NCBI RefSeq assembly: GCF_964355755.1
Contig: NC_092670.1
Coordinates: 14,432,795 to 14,496,794 of the forward strand
Origin: Antedon mediterranea
Lineage: Eukaryota > Animalia > Echinodermata
Length of the DNA: 64,000 bases
Direction of reading: 5' to 3'
The translations under genes were made by a program, and so were the position numbers. The notes under the pieces were generated by a model that did not search any database, was not told where the DNA came from, and saw only the letters and a program-made list of their open reading frames with translations. Every line of letters begins with the position of its first letter. Positions within the stretch are counted from its first letter, which is position 1. Positions 15,001 through 23,713 of the stretch are shown here, piece by piece.

Positions 15001-18000
15001 CCAAGGCCTAGAATATTTAGGCTGGTCTACGACCAAACCCTAGAATTAAACTTGACCAGGTGTGTAATCTAATTATTTTTTTTTACTATATTTAATGAGG
15101 GTGATCCATCCAGCAATCGCTGATCATTAGGACCCTCAGAGGTTTACAAGACAAACATATACACAAGATCTCTACATAAACAAAGTCTTATTACAAGTCT
15201 TTGGAAGTGGAGTTATAATTTGTCATTAGAAAATCCTGACATGTGACGAGACTTGAACCCCGGACCCTTGGAGTGGTAGCCAAGCATCATAACCACCAAG
15301 CCACAACTCTATGATTTAAACTCATGGAATTCCAAATTATTGACAAGGTTTTCATTAACAGTACCAAAGATAAAAATGTATTTATAATAAATTTAATTTT
15401 GACTAATCATATTCATGGATAGCATTTTATTCAATTTCTTGTTTGATTTTAAGACTTAAATGAATGTACTAACGACAGTGGAGTTTGTCCCATCGCTGGA
15501 GAGACTTGTCAAAACAGTCTTGGTTCATATAGATGTCTATGTGCACCTGGTCAATGGAGAATCGATGGAAAATGTACAAGTATGTACGAAAGCCTATAAT
15601 GATCACCCCAGATAATTGTGTATACATTCTTTAGAATATATCTTGTCCCTTTACCATCTATTTTAAATTGTGTGTATTATATTCTTCTGAAGCTCTGTCT
15701 ACACTATCAAAATAGTTTGACAATAACAGTGTGATGTGCCAAAATTTGGTAGTGATATGACATCATCATGTCCATATATGGGCACATCACATTTTTTGTC
15801 ACATAAAGTTTATAGTGTAGACAGAGCTTTAAAGGTGTAGACGAATTATGTAAATTATTAAGCATGTGGGTAGTCACGTGGGTGGTCATTTTGGTGGTCA
15901 CGTGGGTGGTCACGTATGTAGTCACGTAAAAAGGATGTAGACATACTGCAAGTGTGGACTGATTTCTAAGCAAGTTTATCACTTCAGTGCTGTGGTAATA
16001 AGAAATGCTTTTATTTTTGTTTTAGATGCTACAGAATTTATAAGTAGTTTTGTAATTACTTCAAGAGAATTTACATCTGAACTGGAAGACAAAACATCAG
16101 ATGAATACTATGCCCTGCAAGATCTACTCTTACCATTGGTATATTTATATTCAAATTATCTGATGTCATATATATTATTATTTGAAAATATTTTTATTTT
16201 GTATTGATTGCAATTATAAAAGAAATATTTACCAAATTAAGTTCCAGTTATTTTTATTCTGTTTTCACAAAAAGGTAAAATCACAAAATGAGTTGCTGGT
16301 TATGGAACAGAATATCAATTACCTGTAAAAGTCTGTCACATCAATCAAACTGCCATTGACCATCGTTTAACTCTTGCTCTCTAGTAGAACTCACCACAAA
16401 TCCAAATATAACTGTAGTTTGAATTTAATCAGTTATAACTTTGTGCACTTTCAGTTAGAGAATGCTTTTGATGACTTACCAAACTACCTTGGTGTAAGAA
16501 TTATAGACTTCACTAATGGTAGTATCAAAGTATCCTTTGTAGTTGTGTTTGAGATCAACACCAGTACCACTGAAGCTGATGTCTTTAATGCTTTGAGTCT
16601 TGCAACTCAAGGTGGCATTCTTGCTGGTTCCACAATTAGTGTTGATGATGTTGCAGCAGTTATTACAGGTAAGCCAGGGAATCCAAGAAAGGGTTGTAGA
16701 AAAGACTAGAAGTTCTGGAGGAAACCATTTAGATTACTATGGAGAAGAACAGGTCCTATAGGGGAGATCAATGGATGTGGTGAGATTAGGTGCTATGGGA
16801 AAAACAGGGTTTTTGAGAAGACATACCCTATTACTGCTAAAACAGCTTTTCTATGCGTGTTGTGCATACATCCCAGTATCTAATACATTTTTATTTTTTC
16901 ACCATTCAGTTTGTGTAAATTTTTGCCAGAATGGAGGGACTTGCGAGACTAATCAGCTCTACATTGAATCATGCACGTAAGTATTAAAATGAATATTTCA
17001 TATTCTGTCTGTTTTTTTTCATTCTTATTTTTTTTTTCATATTATTTTTTTCTAGATGTCCTGATGGCTACAGTGGAGATACCTGTAACGTTAACGATGA
17101 TCCAGACGGTCCTACACGTAGGTTCATGTTTTATAGAACCAACTCAATATAATAAGATAATAAAAACAAACTCCGAAAAATGTGAGGCAAACAATTATGA
17201 TTCAATATTTCAAACTTTATTTGTTTTTCTTTAATCCTGAAGATGACAAATTCGAAAAATATTGAATCATAATTGTTTTCCTTAAATTTTATATAATATT
17301 TATATCAATATTGTTAGGGTTAGACTCTTGTTTTGGTATAAATTATGATGGGTTGGCTAACTGCTAGTGATTGAGTTTATTTTGGTTGATCCTATTTGAA
17401 TTATGTATATGTATATATTTTTCACTAAATCAATCTTCAAAATACTGTTACTTAATTACCATATATTAGTGGTTTTATCTTTTGCTTGGTATGATATAAA
17501 ATAAAAGTGCATTTTAATAAACATTTATATTTTTCATTTTCTTTCAGCTTTAGAGGTTGTTGTAATAGTTGTTTCAGTCTCAGTTGGATTTGTCATTATT
17601 GCGATAGCTATAGTAGCAGTAGTAGCTTTCATTTCAAAATCTAGACATAAAACAATTGCAATGTATGATAACCATACAGGGCCAAGGGATCAGTTTGGTT
17701 ACCGACAACGAGGTGATCATAGAAGTCAAAAGAATCCTCAACGGTCATATTATTTTGGTCTAAGTCCAGAGGTAATTGAAACATACCTTAGTATCTGTCT
17801 ATGATAACTTTGCTGTTTATCGCAGGTTCATTGCGGGAATTTGGGCGATTAACTTTAAGAGAAAAAAATGTTGAAAAAAGCATTTAAAATTAAAAAAACT
17901 GAATCAAGGGTATATATCACTTTATTTCAAAAAAATAAATTGTATACCACTTGTAACATTTTCGGAGCCAAGAGGTTAAATTCCAGTTACAATTACATGT

Positions 18001-18556
18001 ATATAAACATTAATATTTCATTTACAAATTATCTAGATATTCTCACCACATGTGTAATGCGGAGGAAGATTTATTAGAGGATGTAATGGTTAAAAAATGA
18101 GTAAACCTGTTTGATACGATTAGTTTCATGTACACATGGGTGGAACACTCAAAAACCTATCACGATGGATTTTAACAAGAGGCATACCTTGTATCAAGAT
18201 TAATTTTTTTTCCCTCTTTCTTCCAGCAATTTTCAACTCCATATATGGCAACAGGGGACGAAGAACTGTCTATGTCATACAGCGTAAGTTTGTTTGTAAA
18301 AGTTGATTTTCATTTTAGTTCACATTTATTTAGCCAAAAGCATCATGGACCTTACAGAAGGAAAAAAAGTATTTAAAAAGAATAATTAAAAAAACCTGAA
18401 TAAACAATTAATGCACATAGGACTAAGTAAGTACAAAACAAATAATCTCATCAATAATTCTACACTTCTTCTGATTAATATTTTATTAATAAATAATAAT
18501 GATTTTTCTTGCAGTCTGACTCGTATGAAAAAAGATTGCCGTCTGAGTACTTCTAG
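57..18556 (+). CDS. Hyalin/mucin-like type-I membrane protein, 5'-partial: HYR x9 - SEA - EGF - HYR - degenerate SEA-like - EGF - EGF_Ca - SEA - EGF - EGF_Ca - SEA - EGF - TM - cytoplasmic tail (30 exons in window)
   Basis: Phase-compatible GT-AG exons: HYR 57-302, 808-1053, 1787-2032, 2443-2685, 3367-3609, 3749-3997, 6692-6934, 7512-7757, 8106-8351; 8511-8549; SEA 8894-9000 + 9420-9630 (FRNGSIIAEF); EGF 10199-10271 + 10660-10703; HYR 11160-11414; 11821-11883 + 12243-12441; EGF 12664-12780; EGF_Ca 13021-13143 (DINEC); SEA 13677-13804 + 14340-14553 (FADGSVKV); EGF 14812-14919; EGF_Ca 15454-15579; SEA 16026-16138 + 16455-16668 (FTNGSIKV); EGF 16910-16976 + 17056-17117; TM 17548-17771 (VVVIVVSVSVGFVIIAIAIVAVVAFI); 18227-18283; 18515-18556 ending ...LPSEYF*. 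The HYR signature (P...CP, W..PTA.DNSG, F.IG...V.Y.A.D..GN...C.F.V.V) is recognisable in each ~246-nt phase-1 exon. Confidence 0.9.
2243..2394. mobile_element. PIF/Harbinger-type MITE, family A (copy 1)
   Basis: Imperfect TIR AGCTCTGTCTACACT...AGTGTTGAAAGAGCT, flanked by TAA/TAA; internal 21-bp unit CCCAAATATGGTAGTGATATG; four further copies in the window. Confidence 0.75.
4088..5997. mobile_element. Non-autonomous DNA transposon (hAT-like termini) in an HYR-gene intron
   Basis: Perfect 15-bp TIR CAGGCCCGTAGCCAG (4088-4102) / CTGGCTACGGGCCTG (5983-5997); TTAACAT on both sides; GC-rich subterminal CGAACCCCC repeats; no transposase ORF. Confidence 0.85.
4548..5646. mobile_element. Nested Tc1/mariner-pogo-type non-autonomous element
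   Basis: TIR CCGTATATTTCGGTGTATAAGACGC / GCGACTTGTACACCGAAATATACGG, with TA on both sides (4546-47, 5647-48); subterminal GTGCGTCTTAT repeats. Confidence 0.8.
6359..6671. mobile_element. Foldback non-autonomous element with a short inverted repeat and an ~80-bp-arm hairpin
   Basis: TTTTATATAACACCT (6359) is inverted, with one mismatch, relative to AGATGTTATATAAAA (6496-6510); a long inverted repeat spans 6510-6671, centred on TCGGCTTTGCCTC. Confidence 0.7.
7943..8006 (-). pseudogene. Decayed tRNA-like relic (tRNA-Gln-like or SINE head)
   Basis: Minus strand reads ATGGTTAGGAC...CGAGTTCAAATCTCGGTTGGGGC: T-arm/B box resembles tRNA-Gln, anticodon arm is unrecognisable. Confidence 0.4.
13268..13540. 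repeat. 67-bp direct duplication enclosing a ~140-bp copy of 14601-14739
   Basis: 13268-13334 = 13474-13540; 13333-13475 matches 14601-14739 except for a 4-nt indel. Confidence 0.9.
13905..13941 (+). ncRNA. Degenerate minimal type-I hammerhead ribozyme motif (Penelope-like element relic)
   Basis: GCA-CTGATGA-A-GGGC-TAGTGTT-GCCC-AAGA-GCTC-TGC: CUGAUGA core, 4-bp stem II and GCA/TGC stem I are present; the GAAA box reads AAGA. Confidence 0.55.
15070..15304 (-). mobile_element. tRNA-derived SINE
   Basis: Minus strand head GTGGCTTGGTGGTTATG (A box)...GGGGTTCAAGTCTC (B box), followed by a ~170-nt body and an A-rich tail. Confidence 0.65.
15691..15828. mobile_element. MITE family A (copy 2)
   Basis: TIR AGCTCTGTCTACACTAT / ATAGTGTAGACAGAGCT; flanks TGA/TTA. 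Confidence 0.8.
15865..15927. repeat. 12-bp degenerate tandem repeat (GTGGTCACGTGG), about 5 units
   Basis: Directly visible; source of the spurious TTHV-repeat ORF at 15707-15982. Confidence 0.75.
17189..17278. repeat. 22-bp inverted repeat enclosing a decayed hammerhead-like core
   Basis: AAACAATTATGATTCAATATTT / AAATATTGAATCATAATTGTTT; inside lies CTGAAGA-T-GA-CAAAT-TC-GAAA (17237-17257). Confidence 0.55.
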
Positions 18557-18715
18557 ATCCTGAAAATGGGGAATTCATGTAGTAGCTAAGGCTGTAATTA
18601 TTAGTTCATGAATGTTCAGTTAAACAATATTGGCATAGACAAAATAGTACTCTGCGCTTCTGTTCAGCCTACGGTCGTATCGTACACGGCTTACAACTTA
18701 ATATGTTTTGCCTTA

Positions 18716-18890
18716 AGCTCTGTCTACACTATCAAAAAGTGTGATGTGTCAAAATATGGTAGTGATATGCCCAAATATGGTAGTGATATGCCCAAATATG
18801 GTAGTGATATGCCCAAATATAGTAGTGATATGCCCAAATATAGTACTGATTTGACGTGTCGTCACATATAACATTTGTGTTAAGACAGAG
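18716..18890. mobile_element. MITE family A (copy 3) with an expanded 21-bp tandem array, in the probable 3' UTR
   Basis: Left TIR follows TTA; about 5 units of CCCAAATATRGTAGTGATATG; starts 160 nt after the stop codon. Confidence 0.8.
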
Positions 18891-19845
18891 AATTAGTTAT
18901 CACTGATGACAGTTCTGCATAACATGTTTTCTTTCCTCTACACCCTAGTCTAGGTTATAAACGGTTATTGGATTTAAATTGAAAAAGATAATATTTGGCA
19001 CACATCGCATATCATATGTATAATCGATCGCCTAGTTTACAGAAAAAAAATCAAAACGCCCACTGGAATATTAACATAGACGAGACAATAGCAAGTATAA
19101 CTTGTGTAATTTTATTTTATTGATTTACAATGAAATAGATTACAATTACAATTTAGTTTATTTCTGTTTTAATTAATAATAATATAGGAGATAAATTGTT
19201 TCTCTCACAATTTTTTTTAATGAATTATATTTATTTTGGTATTTTATACTAAGTACATTATTATTACAAACCATATTTATTTTCATATGAATTTCCTTTC
19301 AAATTGGTGGTTGTATTTCTGTTTTTTTATTATCATTTGTTAAATGTTAATTCAGTATAATACCGTATATAATAATATAATATTGGCATTTAAATAGTTA
19401 TGTTTTATAGCTAAGAAGTATTCGTGTACAGTCTACTACCTCTTTTAAACATGACATGATTTTTGTGACCGGATTGGTGGTGTTCATTACTGGAACAGTC
19501 CGAATGTTTTTTAATACGCAGTGTTTCTATTCAGTATATGTAAAGTATTATGTAACCGTTCTATTGAATAAATAGAAATATATATTTTATAGTGAAAAAT
19601 AAATTAACATATATATTATAAGACTTTACCGTGTTTCTGTATGTTGTACTCTTGTGTTTTATTATGTAAAATGAAACAACCTACTGAATGCAAATCAAAC
19701 ATTTGTTTATTTTAATTTGAATTATTTATTATTATTATTATTATTTTAAAATAATTTCTTAAAAAAGGTTTAAAAAATGTTAAACCTGTGTGGAAATTAA
19801 ATATTACATACATTTGAATAAATAGTTCTTTAAAAAGGAGAGAGT

Positions 19846-19851
19846 AAAAAA
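19846..19851 (-). terminator. Pol III terminator (T6) of the tRNA-Phe gene
   Basis: Minus strand ...GGCA CTTCC TTTTTT, 5 nt after the discriminator base. Confidence 0.75.
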
Positions 19852-19856
19852 GGAAG

Positions 19857-19959
19857 TGCCGAAACCCGGGAATATTCAGAACCATAGTAGGTTCTCCGGA
19901 ATTGAACCAGGGACCTTTAGATCTTCAGTCTAACGCTCTCCCAACTGAGCTATTTCGGC
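19857..19959 (-). tRNA. tRNA-Phe(GAA) gene with a 30-nt insertion at the 3' side of the T-loop (possibly a pseudogene)
   Basis: Minus strand: GCCGAAATAGCTCAGTTGGGAGAGCGTTAGACTGAAGATCTAAAGGTCCCTGGTTCAAT [30 nt] CCCGGGTTTCGGCA. Removing 19871-19900 gives a canonical 73-nt metazoan tRNA-Phe. Confidence 0.9.
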
Positions 19960-20169
19960 TCTTAGGAAAGCAGTGCTCCCATAGGTATCTAAACAATTAG
20001 TTAGCTATAATGGACAACATTTTAATAACATTATATCATTTGATATTCATAATGCTTATATAGTTTTTTAATTAATTTATAAATGTAGGAAAGTAGTTAA
20101 TTAAGTCGATTGTAACGTTTTTGTGTGTATTCAGTGTGTAGTTTGAAAAATAGAGGGCGGTAAACCGAT

Positions 20170-20213
20170 ATTACTAGCAGAGCCATAATATTATATATGA
20201 CTCTGATTACTAG
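20170..20213. mobile_element. TSD-flanked micro-palindrome (putative P-superfamily footprint)
   Basis: ATTACTAG-[CAGAGCCATAATATTATATATGACTCTG]-ATTACTAG. Confidence 0.7.
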
Positions 20214-23200
20214 TATCAACAAAATTGTTTTTTTATGCAATAAGTAACCAGGCGTTATACAGTAGTGGTCCAGGTTACAAAATACAACTTATACAGATAG
20301 ATTAAACTAAAGAATGAAATATTATATGTAGTTCTAAATTCTAATACTTATTTCCACACACTAGACTGGATGAAAATAGAGAAGTCGTAGGCCTAAAAAA
20401 TGCGGTAGCACTCTGACAACATAAATTATCTGTCTGCCGCCCTCTTGTGACTCTACCCAAAAATAAATCGTTGATGGTTATTATTATTGTTAATATTATT
20501 ATTAGTCATCTTTATTTCACTTTCCTGAGTATTCCTACATCTGTTTAAGTTTGTCAGGTCATGACTCTTTATAATTGTAGAGGTCTTTAGGTTGTCAGTA
20601 AAAATGCTCATACAGAAACTCAATATCAACATTAAATAATATAGTTAATTAGTAGCCTACACCTGCTAATTTGAATATTTAGATAGTCAGCCAATCCAAC
20701 TCTTTATCTGCGAATTTGCATACTAAGTCGGTGGTGTGAACTTGTTTTGCTGCTGAGTCAGTTGTAAATAAACAGCGAAGTCGGATGATCGGTACAAAAT
20801 AGAGCTAACATACTGTCACATAGGCAAGTGATTTTGGTCAGGATACACATCTCGGTTAGAGCCCACACATGAGGCTTTAATTTGAATCATCTTAAAACAA
20901 ATAATAACATCGAAACATAAACCATAGTTTTGCTGTACAAGGAATGTTCATTTCGTTTATTCTACTTCACGTTGTCTTTGACATTTTATTCTTCTCCGTG
21001 TGGTGTAAAATCATGTTCAGGCCTGATTGACAGGATCGATACAAAGTGTATAAAAGCAATTACCTGTATGCATAAACCTACCTGCAATGCATGTGAATGT
21101 TAATGCCTCCTTACTGATGATCTTACAGAATCTATATCCAAGAATATAAACAATGACACTTTGAGATTCTATATCTGTATGTGGATGTTCCGGCCTTGAT
21201 GTATTTATCATTTCTTTCTTTATTGGAATTATATTTTGTTGGACGGAGGATCGAGGATAGCAGGCACAAGATAAAGCATAGTAAGAACTAATAAAACCAA
21301 TATAACATGTATAACCTAATCATACCGTACTAACATTATCAGAATACTGTAGTAAGTGTACTGAACCTGGGATTCCCCACCATAACCATGCATACAAATA
21401 CATGTGTATTTATATTCCAGGCTATAGGCCCCTTTTTACTACAAAATGTGTAAACTATACTATAGCTGCTTTAGGTTGGTAAATGTAGATAACATAACAC
21501 AGTATTTCTATAATCGCAGTCCATCGCAGAAGTCGCTAGAGTGGCCTTAAATACTTAATTAGCCGAGTAGGTAATGCGCAGCAAACGGGGAAGCAAACCA
21601 TACCTATATCAATCAAGAAGGAATCACTCCTAGATTTGGCTCATGTGTTTGTCTATCAAGCGGAACTGTTAAAGTCATGTTATGGCAGCTAGAACAAAAA
21701 GCACCCATACCCACTCCACCCCACCCTCTTGTAAATCGAATCCCGGACGCCAAGCTAAAACAATCACTCTGTATTACAGTAAAAACAACAACAAAATAGA
21801 AAATGTTTTCATTATGATTCTTAATATTTATTTTATTGTACAATTTACAAAACGCAATAGATTGCAGAAAATATAATTTACAAATGTTCAATCTATTTCT
21901 AATAAATACATAATAAAACAAAAACAATAATAAAACAATCAAACAAATATTTATTTCCTTAAAAGAGGTGCCTCCTAAATAGGGAATGGCCATAGTTTTA
22001 AAACAAATACCTCCACTCGTTCGTTTTACGGGAAAGTGTCCCTTTAATAAGGGTGGTGTCCCCTGGAACTGCGTTGACCAAAGAGTTTCAGTGTGTTTTA
22101 AAATGACAGTCAATAAGTAACACAGTCTTATGTGTTTTAGGGTAACTAATGTTTTTATGGCCTATGTCTATGACATTTGAAACAATAGGCCTACTCAAAT
22201 GCATGGGTCGGTGAGCAATCGTACAATATAGAATAAACTATTTCTAATCACTAATACTAGTAATGAAATCAAATTTATAGTTTTGTAACTTTTTAAAATG
22301 TATGTCTGCGACATCAGAAAACATACTATAAAACGCATTCGGTGGGCGGTCCAACACATAAGAAATAATAATTTTGATGTTAAAGTCATTAATAACAATA
22401 ATTAAATCAAATTAATATATTAATCAATATGGCTCAAATGTAAAATGAAGATAATTATCTTTATAATGAATAAGATATAAGACTCAAATAAAACATGGAA
22501 TGGAAGTGGAAACTTGGTTACTAACGCGTGTACAATGTCACACAATTAGGGTTGCTGACGCGTTACGCGTCGTATTAATCCTTCTCGTCAAACAGAAATG
22601 GATTATTAGTTATGTAGTATGTTCAAACGAATGTTTGCATTAAAGTTCTTTAAGATAGAAATATCAATTATGTAACAAATGAACACAATTGTATGAGCAT
22701 ATGCCTACATTACTATTAAAGCACCGAAAAGTCAGTACACACTATTTTATAGTATCGTCATCATCACCTTATCATACGTCACATTATCATCATTTAATGT
22801 AATATAGATATACTAACCGTATCTGGCCGGAATCAAGGTTTTTGGTTCATAATATTCACAATGTTTAAACCATTTAAAACTATTTACATTCGTTTGAGTT
22901 ATTAAAATTTACCATAGGCCTAAGTGTGAATGATTCGGTAAAAATACAGATACAAATTGTTTAAAAAAGTGTATAAACAGATCCAGCAGTTTAACATACC
23001 CAATTCATAGATTATATCCATTCCAATAGTCCGTAGTAAGTCATGACATTCCTAATGAGGTTACAAATACTGTAATTCATGGAGTTTTACCGATGAACAA
23101 GTCGCGTTACATAAAGAAATCTATAATATATAATCTTATCTATACAATTTACATTTATAAACACAATCGAGTTAATCCTAACAATTTATACTTAACAGAA

Positions 23201-23509
23201 ACTATCTACGTTTCATTGGCATAATATAGTAAAATTATTAGGAATAATTAGTTGTTTTTAAAACAACGCAGTTAAAAGCACGTTATATAAAACAAACCTA
23301 GGGTCACGTTTGGTCCTTCAGTGAGAGCGCATTTTATATTATAGACGCCACAAATCAAGGTGTTTTCAGTTTTAATACTTCCAATTTGCACCACGTGTTA
23401 TCGTGACTAAAATGGACTAGACCTAGGACCACACTAGATATGTTATCACCAGAAATATTAAAGGCCTACAGGCATGATGTTGTAGGCCTAGACTAGTAAT
23501 GTTTGAGGC

Positions 23510-23585
23510 CTAGAACCTAACGGACGGATAGGCTTAGTCCAACAATAAGAGGTTCTAGAACCTAACGGACGGATATTTTAGTCCA
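23510..23585. repeat. Short direct repeat in the probable protease 3' UTR
   Basis: CTAGAACCTAACGGACGGATA occurs twice, 45 bp apart. Confidence 0.8.
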
Positions 23586-23713
23586 GCTAAAAGTATTGGC
23601 CTAGATCGAAACTGACTCGATACCAGCAGTCTTAACTTAATTCGTCAGTGATTAGAAATTGACGATTTAAAACACAATTAAGTTGTTCGCTAGTAATGGT
23701 AGATAATGCACGC

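Noticed and set aside
18750-18850. 21-bp array as a CRISPR or as a KYGSDMP repeat protein
   Set aside because: Head-to-tail units with no spacers, inside a MITE in eukaryotic DNA; the ORF results from the unit length being a multiple of 3.
19871-19900. tRNA insert as a bulge-helix-bulge (archaeal/algal-type) non-canonical intron
   Set aside because: An ATTC/GAAT 4-bp helix with 3-nt bulges can be drawn, but cutting at canonical BHB positions removes 25 nt and leaves 5 extra nt, so it would not restore the tRNA.
21613-22113. 166-aa minus-strand ORF downstream of the protease
   Set aside because: Low-complexity F/I/L-rich translation of AT-rich and repeat-derived DNA; no LDLa, FZ or protease motifs.
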